From: Armatimonadia bacterium
GTDB lineage: Bacteria > Armatimonadota > Zipacnadia > Zipacnadales > UBA11051
DNA length: 54,498 nucleotides
Direction: 5' to 3'
Assembly: GCA_039683575.1 (NCBI GenBank)
Contig: JBDKRC010000113.1
Coordinates: 1 to 54,498 of the forward strand
This document shows positions 1 through 7,608 of the stretch, in pieces; within the stretch, counting starts at the first letter, position 1; each line of letters opens with the position of its first letter. Under the pieces are notes generated by a model, which saw only the letters and a list, made by a program, of their open reading frames with translations, made no database searches and was not told where the DNA came from. The position numbers were made by a program, and so were the translations under genes.

Positions 1-1438
1 TGGGGCGGGGGCGTGTACACCGACGGCCGTTATCCACAACCACCAGAGCGGCGCGCTACAAACCCCCGCCCAACAGCTTCCCGACGTGGTAACACAGCAA
101 TGTGGCTACGAAGTCGAGAAACTCGAGGCCCGCGCGGACTGGATCTGGCGCAACGTGCGTGCGGAGTGGATCGCCTTCTGGTCGGAGCGCTGGGCAGCCT
201 TCTGGCAGACGGTGCTGGCGGCGCTGCATGCTGAGGGGAAGCAGGCGGTCATCAACTCCGCGTGGGGGCGTGCGCCGTTTGAGGCGCTTTACCGCTACGG
301 CGTGGACTACCAGAAGATCGCGGCGGCCGGCGTGGATGGCATGATCGTCGAGACCGCGGCGGCGGGGCTGAGCCTCGACCCGCGGGCGGCGGATGAGGGG
401 CGGCATTTCGACTTTCTCTCCATGTTTGGCCTCGTGCGCGCCTATCTGCCCGATCTGCGCCTGATCTTCCTGCACAACGCCCATGACATCGTCGAGGAGT
501 GGGACGCCCTGCGGCACGTGCCGGCAGTGCTGGAGAAGGAGATCTGGTCGCTGGCGAACGTGTGGCATGTGACCCGCAATGGAGCTCTGGAGAGCCCTCC
601 CACGGAGGTACAGAGCCATTTGCGGCCCGCTGCCGACGCCTTTCTCGTCTGCCTCGGAGATGGCCTGAGCGCCGAGGAGTGGGGCTGGCTGCGGCGCATG
701 TGGGAGTTCAGCTTCGGCGAGGCGCCGATAGGGGTGCTGGGGGCGATGCTGGTATGGTCGGATGCGGCCATGCAGGCGGAGGTGGAGGACTTCACGCAAA
801 ACCGCTGCCCGCTGTCGCACCGGCTCATCTTCGAACTGATGACCCACGGCGCGCCCATCGGTGCTACCGTACGCATCGAGGACCTGCAGGCGGCCCATGG
901 CCCGCTGCTGGTCATCAACTCCCACCTACTCCCCGCTGAGGAGATCGAGGCCCTGCTGAAGTATGACCGCGGGCCCGTGATGATGATTGGTCGCGCCGGT
1001 ACCTCGCTCAACGCCTACGTCACCAGAGGCGGGAATGCGGTCATTGTGGAAGAGCGGCGGCTGCCGGGCATGCCGGATGACGCGCAGGGACTGATCGACT
1101 CGCGCGGGTACTGGGACCACATGAAGCAGCGCCTGCCGGATGAGCGGTTCTACACCGACTGCATCCACGTCATGTGGCACCTGGTGCTGCCGGACACGTC
1201 CTTCCCGGCGGATCAGGTCTGCCTCGCGGGCCTGTGGGGTCAGGATGGGCGGCTGCGACTGGCAATCAAGAGCAAGCTCTGGGTGTACTGCAAGCCGGAG
1301 ATCAACCTGGGACGGGAGATCGAGAGCCTTGACGTAGTGACGGAGTTCCCATCAGTGCGGGTGCGGCCGGACGGGTCGAGGTTCAGCGTACGCATACCGC
1401 CACGAGGTATCGTGGTGCTTGACGTCGTCTTCAAATAG
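1..1438 (+). CDS. Hypothetical protein, 5'-truncated at window edge (possibly carbohydrate-active, TIM-barrel-like); contains REP-derived in-frame segments
   Basis: Frame of ORF 86..1438 is open back to position 2; host-like GC3 codon usage; lies upstream of a GH29 gene; no recognisable family motif. Confidence 0.65.
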   Translation, partial: GAGACTPTAVIHNHQSGALQTPAQQLPDVVTQQCGYEVEKLEARADWIWRNVRAEWIAFWSERWAAFWQTVLAALHAEGKQAVINSAWGRAPFEALYRYGVDYQKIAAAGVDGMIVETAAAGLSLDPRAADEGRHFDFLSMFGLVRAYLPDLRLIFLHNAHDIVEEWDALRHVPAVLEKEIWSLANVWHVTRNGALESPPTEVQSHLRPAADAFLVCLGDGLSAEEWGWLRRMWEFSFGEAPIGVLGAMLVWSDAAMQAEVEDFTQNRCPLSHRLIFELMTHGAPIGATVRIEDLQAAHGPLLVINSHLLPAEEIEALLKYDRGPVMMIGRAGTSLNAYVTRGGNAVIVEERRLPGMPDDAQGLIDSRGYWDHMKQRLPDERFYTDCIHVMWHLVLPDTSFPADQVCLAGLWGQDGRLRLAIKSKLWVYCKPEINLGREIESLDVVTEFPSVRVRPDGSRFSVRIPPRGIVVLDVVFK

Positions 1439-1447
1439 ATCCTTCGC

Positions 1448-1541
1448 GTAGTGCGGGCGTCTCGCCCGCCTGCCATTTCCGCTGTAGCCGTTTCCGCTGT
1501 AGGGCGGGGGCTCCGTACCCCGCCGGCCGTTATCACCGACC
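1448..1541 (+). repeat. Pair of GTAG-type REP-like hairpins plus conserved tail gccgttatcaccgacc
   Basis: gtag-t-gcgggcg-tct-cgcccgc (1448-1469); gtag-ggcgggg-gctccgta-ccccgcc (1499-1524); tttccgctgtag twice between them; first unit recurs exactly at 2871-2892. Confidence 0.75.
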
Positions 1542-1556
1542 CTGGAGGAGATCATC

Positions 1557-2807
1557 ATGGCCAGGCTGACTGCCGAGGAGAAGGACCGCGAGAGGCGTCT
1601 CGAATGGTTTCGCAAGGCACGCTTTGGAATGTTCATCCACTGGGGGCTGTACGCGCAACTGGGGCGGCACGAATGGGTCATGAACCGCGAGCGCATCCCG
1701 GTCAGGGAGTATGAGAAGCTCGCCGCGACCTTCAAGCCGAAAGCCAACGCCCCGCGCAAATGGGCGAAGCTGGCCAAGGAAGCCGGCATGCGCTACATGG
1801 TGATGACCACCAAGCACCATGAGGGCTACTGCCTGTGGGACAGCAAGCTGACCAAGTACTGCGCGACCAAGACCGGGCCGGGACGGGATCTTGTGGCGGA
1901 ATATGTCGAAGCAGCCCGCGCCGAGGGCATGCGCGTAGGCTTCTACTACTCGCTGATGGACTGGCACCATCCGGACGGCGCGCGCTGTCTGACCGACGAG
2001 TCAGCCCGCAAGCGCTTCATCGAGTACACTCACGGTCTCGTCGAGGAGCTCTGCACCAACTACGGCAAAGTAGACATCATGTGGTACGATGTTAGCTGGC
2101 CCCTGGACGCGGCGGGCTGGGAGTCGGCGAAGCTCAACGCGATGGTGAAGTCCCACCAGCCGGATATCATCATCAACAACCGCAGCCAGCTTCCCGAGGA
2201 CTTCGGCACGCCTGAGGGCCACATCACGCCCGAGACGGGCGGACGCGCGTGGGAAGCCTGCATGACGATGAACGATAGCTGGGGCTACACCCCGATTGAC
2301 ACGAACTACAAGTCCTCGTGGGAGATCATCCGCATGCTGCGCACGTGCGCGGCGGGCGGCGGCAACCTGTTGCTCAACCAGGGCCCCACGCCAGCAGGCG
2401 ACGTCCCCCCGCAATGCGTGAAAGCCTTCCGCGAGGCTGGCAAGTGGCTCGAGAAGTACGGCGACTCGATCTACGACGCAACCACGCCGATGCAGCAGGA
2501 ATGGAGCGTCCTCGGCGCTTTCACAGCGAAGGACGATACGCTATACTTCCATTGTAGCCGCTGGCCGGGCGAGGAACTCGCTATCGGTGGCCTCGTCAAC
2601 AAGGTCAAGTCGGCCAGACTCATGGGCGGCGACGAGGTCCCATTCGTCCAGAAGAAGGACCGGCTGGTAATCAGCGGCCTGCCCCAGACCGCCCCGGACG
2701 CCCTGGACACGGTGATTGAGCTGAAGGTCAAACCCGGCGAGCCGCTGGTACAGAAGCTCGGCGCGGGATGTATATTCCCGAAGGACGATCCGTGGGGGAA
2801 GAAGTAA
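1557..2807 (+). CDS. Alpha-L-fucosidase (GH29)
   Basis: WFRKARFGMFIHWGLY, TTKHHEGYCLWD, YYSLMDWHHP and IMWYD motifs; GGAGGAG RBS upstream. Confidence 0.93.
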   Translation: MARLTAEEKDRERRLEWFRKARFGMFIHWGLYAQLGRHEWVMNRERIPVREYEKLAATFKPKANAPRKWAKLAKEAGMRYMVMTTKHHEGYCLWDSKLTKYCATKTGPGRDLVAEYVEAARAEGMRVGFYYSLMDWHHPDGARCLTDESARKRFIEYTHGLVEELCTNYGKVDIMWYDVSWPLDAAGWESAKLNAMVKSHQPDIIINNRSQLPEDFGTPEGHITPETGGRAWEACMTMNDSWGYTPIDTNYKSSWEIIRMLRTCAAGGGNLLLNQGPTPAGDVPPQCVKAFREAGKWLEKYGDSIYDATTPMQQEWSVLGAFTAKDDTLYFHCSRWPGEELAIGGLVNKVKSARLMGGDEVPFVQKKDRLVISGLPQTAPDALDTVIELKVKPGEPLVQKLGAGCIFPKDDPWGKK

Positions 2808-2824
2808 CCCGCCGTTGCCTAGCC

Positions 2825-2892
2825 GTAGGTGCGCGGGCATCCTGCCCGCAGCCGTCATCACCGACCACGCGTAGTGCGGGCGTCTCGCCCGC
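2825..2892 (+). repeat. Pair of GTAG-type REP-like hairpins separated by the tail gccgtcatcaccgacc
   Basis: gtaggtgc-gcgggca-tcc-tgcccgc (2825-2849), tail 2851-2866, gtagtgcgggcgtctcgcccgc (2871-2892) identical to 1448-1469. Confidence 0.78.
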
Positions 2893-2914
2893 TCCCGCCA
2901 TGCTTTGCATGCCA

Positions 2915-3574
2915 ATGACCAAACCAACGCTCGACACCATCGCCCACTACGAGCACCTGGCCGAGGTCTTCGCCGATCCGGCCCAGCCAAAGATCGGCGA
3001 CCCCTTTCACGACCCGCCTCAGGTCGCCCGGTGGCTCGCGCAGGCCGACGGCGCTGACTTCTGGCAGGCAGTGGGCCCCGTGGAGGGCCAGACCGTCCTG
3101 GAGATTGGCCTCGGCACCGGGCGAGTGGCCGCCAAGATGCTGCAGCGCGGCTGCGCGCACCTGACCGGCCTTGAGGTGTCGCCGAAGACGCTGGAGCTTG
3201 CCAGAGCCAACCTGGCGCAGGACCCGCGCGTCGGGTTCCTCTTGCAGGACGTGGTAGACTTCATCCGGCCGGCAACCTACGACCTCGCCTACAGCGTCTG
3301 GACGTTCTTTCACATCCCGGACAAGCCGCGAGCCTTGAGCAACATCGTCACTTCGCTGAAGCGGGGCGGGCGGTTGGTGTTGTCGATTGAACGGACGGCT
3401 GAGTGCCTGGACCATGGGACACACGTGGTGCGCCAGTACCCCGTTGAGCCGGAGCAATACGTCCGGTGGCTTCAGGAATTCGGCTGCGACGTTGATGAAC
3501 TTGTACCCGTAGCGGACAGACAGAGCGCGAATCATGAGACGCTGACAACCATTGTGGCGGCGCGGAAACGATGA
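2915..3574 (+). CDS. Class I SAM-dependent methyltransferase
   Basis: VLEIGLGTGR motif I, LTGLEVS, YDLAYS, LKRGGRLV; start placed at the ATG after the REP block (2900/2909 are alternatives). Confidence 0.85.
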   Translation: MTKPTLDTIAHYEHLAEVFADPAQPKIGDPFHDPPQVARWLAQADGADFWQAVGPVEGQTVLEIGLGTGRVAAKMLQRGCAHLTGLEVSPKTLELARANLAQDPRVGFLLQDVVDFIRPATYDLAYSVWTFFHIPDKPRALSNIVTSLKRGGRLVLSIERTAECLDHGTHVVRQYPVEPEQYVRWLQEFGCDVDELVPVADRQSANHETLTTIVAARKR

Positions 3575-3599
3575 CGTAGCACGACAGGAGTGCAGTAGC

Positions 3600-4910
3600 A
3601 TGGACACGTCTTACCCACAAGTACAACTGGCGCTGGACTTTGCCAATCTCTCCCAGGCCCTACGCGTGGCGCATGAGGCCTGGGACGGCGGCATTCGCCG
3701 TCTTGAGGCCGGGACCCCGCTCATCAAGAGCGAGGGCCTGCAGGCCGTGCGGCAACTCCGCGCCGAGTTCCCCGACGCCACCATTGTCGCCGACATGAAG
3801 GTCATGGACGCCGGGCGCGCTGAGGTCGAGATGGCCGCCAAGGCCGGCGCTAACGTCGTTGCGGTGCTCGGCGCGGCGTCGGATGCGACCATTGCCGAGT
3901 GCATCGAGGCCGCCAAGCACTATGGCGCCGAGATCATGGTGGATCTGATCGAGGTACCGAACCTCGCCGAGCGGGCCAAGCGCGCGCAGGAGCTTGGTGC
4001 GGCCATCGTCGGCGTCCATTGTCCCATCGACGTGCAGATGCGCGGCGGCGACCCCATGGCGGCGCTGCGCGAGGTCGCGGCGGTGGTAGACATTCCCATC
4101 GCGGTCGCGGGCGGGCTCAACTCCGAGACCGCACCGCAGGTCATCGCCGCCGGGGCGAGCATTGCCATCATCGGCGGGGCGATCATCAAGGCCCCTGACG
4201 CCAAGGCCGCCTCGCAAACGATCCTGAATGCCATCGCCAGCGGTGAAGGGGTCGCGACCGACCTCTTCAAGCGAGGCGGGGCCGACCAGCTTCGCGAGAT
4301 GTTCATGCGCGCCACGACCGCGAATATCTCCGATGCCATGCACAACACCGGCTACCTGCCGGGCATCCACGGCCTGAGGCGGGGCCTCAAGTGCGCGGGG
4401 CCGGCGCTGACCGTCTGGGCCTACCCGGGAGACTGGAGCAAGCCGGTGGAGGCCATTGATCAGGCCGAGCCGGGGACGGTGCTGGTGATCGACGCCCACA
4501 ACATGGGCCCGGCGCTATGGGGCGAGGGTGCGAGCAAGAGCTGCGTGGCGCGCCACTTGGCCGGATGCGTCATCAACGGCGGCGCGCGCGATACCGACGA
4601 AGTCCTCGAACTCGGCTTCCCGGTTTTCTCGTCCCTGATTGCACCACAGGCCGGCCAGCCGAAGGGTGTGGGCATGATCGGCGTGCCGCTAAAGATCGGG
4701 GAGACCCCGGTGAAGACGGGCGACTGGATCATCGCTGACGGCGACGGGGTGGTCTGTGTGCCGCGCGAGCAGGCGGTAGAAGTGGCCAACCGCGCGATGG
4801 ACGTGGTAGAGCGCGAGATGCGCGACCACACCGAAATCGCGCAGAAGGGCATTACGCTGGCGGAGATCTCGGAATTGGAGCGGTGGGAGCAGAAGCGCGG
4901 GAAGGAGTAG
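3600..4910 (+). CDS. hxlA: 3-hexulose-6-phosphate synthase fused to a C-terminal RraA/HMG-aldolase-like domain
   Basis: QLALD, EAGTPLIKSEG, IVADMKVMDAG, AVAGGL (HPS/KGPDC family) followed by TANISDAM, GPALTV, ALWGEG, GGARD, GDWIIADGDGVV (RraA-like); AGGAG RBS at 3586. Confidence 0.88.
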   Translation: MDTSYPQVQLALDFANLSQALRVAHEAWDGGIRRLEAGTPLIKSEGLQAVRQLRAEFPDATIVADMKVMDAGRAEVEMAAKAGANVVAVLGAASDATIAECIEAAKHYGAEIMVDLIEVPNLAERAKRAQELGAAIVGVHCPIDVQMRGGDPMAALREVAAVVDIPIAVAGGLNSETAPQVIAAGASIAIIGGAIIKAPDAKAASQTILNAIASGEGVATDLFKRGGADQLREMFMRATTANISDAMHNTGYLPGIHGLRRGLKCAGPALTVWAYPGDWSKPVEAIDQAEPGTVLVIDAHNMGPALWGEGASKSCVARHLAGCVINGGARDTDEVLELGFPVFSSLIAPQAGQPKGVGMIGVPLKIGETPVKTGDWIIADGDGVVCVPREQAVEVANRAMDVVEREMRDHTEIAQKGITLAEISELERWEQKRGKE

Positions 4911-4912
4911 CC

Positions 4913-5455
4913 ATGTCGGAACTGCCGCTGGAGCAACTGCTGGCAATTCAGGATCCCTTCGAGCGGCGGCTGCTGTTTGCGGCGCTGCTGCAGGAGGCGC
5001 TGGCGGCACGAGATGAGCGCTCCGCGATTGTCGGCGGCCATGCCGTCGAGGCCTATACACTTGGGGATTACACGACAGGTGATGTGGACCTGGTCGTTTT
5101 CTCAAAGTCAGCGGCAGCATCTATACTGCAAGCATGGGGCTTTTCCCAGCAGGGCCGCATCTACTGGAACGACGAGCTCGCCGTAGCAATTGACCTGATT
5201 GGGGAGCGCCTGGCTGGCGACTGGAAGCGCGTAGTTGAGATGGAGGTCGCCGGTCACCGTGTCATCGTCATTGGCCCCGAAGACCTGATCATAGACCGTC
5301 TGAATGCCTGCGTTCACTGGAAGTCACAGGAGCATTGCGATTGGGCGCAGCAGCTTGTGACGCGCCAGCGGGAGGCGCTCGACCTGCCGTACCTGCAAAA
5401 GCGCGCCACCGAGGAGGGCCTGACGGAGCGCCTGGAGGAGATTCTGGAGCACTGA
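4913..5455 (+). CDS. Putative nucleotidyltransferase (Pol-beta superfamily, AbiEii/DUF6036-like)
   Basis: IVGGHAV...TGDVDLV motif and PEDLIIDRL; ATG 2 bp after the previous stop with GGAG RBS. Confidence 0.65.
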   Translation: MSELPLEQLLAIQDPFERRLLFAALLQEALAARDERSAIVGGHAVEAYTLGDYTTGDVDLVVFSKSAAASILQAWGFSQQGRIYWNDELAVAIDLIGERLAGDWKRVVEMEVAGHRVIVIGPEDLIIDRLNACVHWKSQEHCDWAQQLVTRQREALDLPYLQKRATEEGLTERLEEILEH

Positions 5456-5456
5456 C

Positions 5457-5714
5457 ATGCGCCGCATGAGACTGGAAGACGAAAGAAAGCGCCCGCGCGA
5501 GATGCCGCCGGGCCTGAACCGCCCGCCCGAGGAGCGCGTGCGCCGCAAGCCGCGCGATCCGGACGAGCGCGAGGCGCTGAGCAAGCTGTCGCAGGCCAAG
5601 TGGGAGCTTTGGTTGGCGGCGGGGAAGTTGGAAATACTGGAGCCGCGCCGCTGGCGGCTGCACCTGGGACAGGAGAAGATCATTGAGTACCTCAGAAAAC
5701 ACGGCAAACATTGA
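5457..5714 (+). CDS. Small basic hypothetical protein, possible partner of the upstream nucleotidyltransferase
   Basis: 85-aa ORF starting 1 bp after the upstream stop, GGAG upstream, host-like codons; overlaps the panE start. Confidence 0.55.
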   Translation: MRRMRLEDERKRPREMPPGLNRPPEERVRRKPRDPDEREALSKLSQAKWELWLAAGKLEILEPRRWRLHLGQEKIIEYLRKHGKH

Positions 5715-6723
5715 ACGAATCGGCATCGTCGGCCCCGGCGCCATCGGGCTGATGCATGCAATCCATATGGCCCAGAGCGGCCTGCCAGTGATGTTGCTGG
5801 ATCATCGCAAGAGCCGCGCGCGGAGGCTCAGCGGCGGAATCGCGCTGCAAAAGCCCGCTACGGAGGGGCAAACCGAAGTCGTGCGCCTGCAGGTGCCCTG
5901 CCGCGCCTCACACCTGGTCAAAGAGCCCTTCAACCTGCTGATCTTCACCGTGAAGTCGCAATCCACGCTGAAGGCGGTCGAGGGCGCCAAGCACTTGATC
6001 ACGCCGGAGACCGTGTTGGTCTCGCTGCAGAACGGTCTGGGCAACGTCGAGACGCTGCAGCAGCATCAGCGGCCGGAACTGGTACTGGCGGCGGTCACTA
6101 CCTCCGGAGCGACGCTGCACGATGAGCATACGGTCGTCGAGCGCGGCTTTGGCACCATCGCCGTGGGCTCGCCCGCCGGCAATATGCCGCTGGCCGAGCA
6201 GGTGGCGGCGCTGTTTGCCGGGGCACAGTTGCCAGCGGAGGCGGTTGAGGACATCTGGCCCGTAGTCTGGCGCAAACTAGCCGTGAACTGCGCCGTGAAC
6301 CCGCTGACTGCCCTGCTGGACGTTGAAAACGGCCTCCTCCTGGACGCGCCGGTGCGACACTTGATGGGCGAGGTGGCGCTGGAAGTCGGGGAAGTGGCGA
6401 AGGCCGTGGGTATCGACATCGAGCCCAAAGCGCTGCCCAGGGCTGTTGAGGAAGTCTGCAAGCTCACCGGGCATAACGTCTCCTCCATGCTTCAGGACGT
6501 GCGCGCGGGGCTGAACACCGAAGTGGACCAACTGAACGGGGCTGTGGCGCGCGCGGCCGAGAAGGTGGGCATGAAGGCGCCATTGAATATGGCGCTCGCG
6601 GCACTCGTGAAGGCACAACTGTGGCGGCGGGAGCGGGGAGAGCAGGAGCGCCGGCGTCAGGTCGAAGAGCGGCGTGAGCAGCGGAGGCAGAAGCGCGACT
6701 CGAGCCAGGAGAATGCGTCATGA
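5683..6723 (+). CDS. panE: 2-dehydropantoate 2-reductase (ketopantoate reductase)
   Basis: IGIVGPGAIG Rossmann motif, FTVKS, LQNGLG, WRKLAVNCAVNPLTAL, SSMLQD, TEVDQLNG; start codon uncertain. Confidence 0.9.
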   Translation: MSTSENTANIERIGIVGPGAIGLMHAIHMAQSGLPVMLLDHRKSRARRLSGGIALQKPATEGQTEVVRLQVPCRASHLVKEPFNLLIFTVKSQSTLKAVEGAKHLITPETVLVSLQNGLGNVETLQQHQRPELVLAAVTTSGATLHDEHTVVERGFGTIAVGSPAGNMPLAEQVAALFAGAQLPAEAVEDIWPVVWRKLAVNCAVNPLTALLDVENGLLLDAPVRHLMGEVALEVGEVAKAVGIDIEPKALPRAVEEVCKLTGHNVSSMLQDVRAGLNTEVDQLNGAVARAAEKVGMKAPLNMALAALVKAQLWRRERGEQERRRQVEERREQRRQKRDSSQENAS

Positions 6724-7523
6724 TCATCATCGGCGAACTCATCAACGGCACGCGCAAGGCCGTTAAACAGGCCATAGCGGACAAGAACGCGTACTTCATC
6801 ATGGATCTGGCGAAGAAGCAGGCGGAGGCCGGCGCGGACTTCATCGACTGCAACCCCGGCACCACCGGCGACGCCGAGATCACCGACATCGAGTGGCTCG
6901 TGAAGCTCGTGCAGAGCGTCACTGACAAGCCGATCTCCTTTGACACCCCCAACGGCGTGGCCCTGCAGCGCGCCCTGGAGGTCTACGAGGGCAGGGCGAC
7001 GCCGATGATCAACTCGATCACGCTCGAAGCCGAGCGCATGGCGAACACGCTGCCGATCATTGCCGAAAGCGGCGTGAACTGCGTGGCGCTGGCTCTGGGT
7101 GACGACGGCATGCCCTGCACGGCCGGCCAGCGCGAGAGTACCGCCCGTCAGCTCATCAACAAGCTACTCGAAGCGGGCGTCGCCGCCGACCACATCTACC
7201 TCGACCCGGTCATTGCGCCGCTTTCGACAGACCAGTCCGTGGGACAGCAGATAGTGCAGGCGATCCGCGTGATCCGCGAGGAGTTCCCGGAAGTGCACAT
7301 CACCGCGGGGATGAGCAACATCTCATTCGGCCTGCCGGTGCGCAAGCTGCTCAACCGCGTCTTCATGGCCATCTGTATGACCGCCGGGCTCGACAGCGCG
7401 ATCTGCGACCCGCTGAACCAGGACCTCATGGCAGAGATCACTGCCGCCGAGGCGCTCTTGGGCCGCGACGAATGGTGCATGAACTACATCACGGCAAGCA
7501 GGGCGGGGAAGCTCGGGGAGTAG
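6720..7523 (+). CDS. Methyltetrahydrofolate:corrinoid methyltransferase-like pterin-binding protein (AcsE/MetH pterin domain)
   Basis: MIIIGELIN, QAEAGADFIDCN, ISFDT, MINSI, YLDP, GMSNISFGLP, GLDSAICDP. Confidence 0.87.
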   Translation: MIIIGELINGTRKAVKQAIADKNAYFIMDLAKKQAEAGADFIDCNPGTTGDAEITDIEWLVKLVQSVTDKPISFDTPNGVALQRALEVYEGRATPMINSITLEAERMANTLPIIAESGVNCVALALGDDGMPCTAGQRESTARQLINKLLEAGVAADHIYLDPVIAPLSTDQSVGQQIVQAIRVIREEFPEVHITAGMSNISFGLPVRKLLNRVFMAICMTAGLDSAICDPLNQDLMAEITAAEALLGRDEWCMNYITASRAGKLGE

Positions 7524-7535
7524 CGTCTCTTTCGC

Positions 7536-7606
7536 GTGGCAGGCATGCTCCGCATGCCGGAACTCGCCTCTCTTCTCTCGCGTAGGCCGGTTCGTCCCGA
7601 ACCGGC
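7536..7606 (+). repeat. Two GTGG/GTAG REP-like hairpins between convergent genes (possible terminator role)
   Basis: gtggca-ggcatgc-tcc-gcatgcc (from 7536) and gtag-gccggttcg-tcc-cgaaccggc (7582-7606). Confidence 0.65.
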
Positions 7607-7608
7607 AT

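Noticed and set aside
1448-2892. CRISPR array
   Set aside because: Repeats are few, heterogeneous and dispersed, with no regular spacers and no cas genes.
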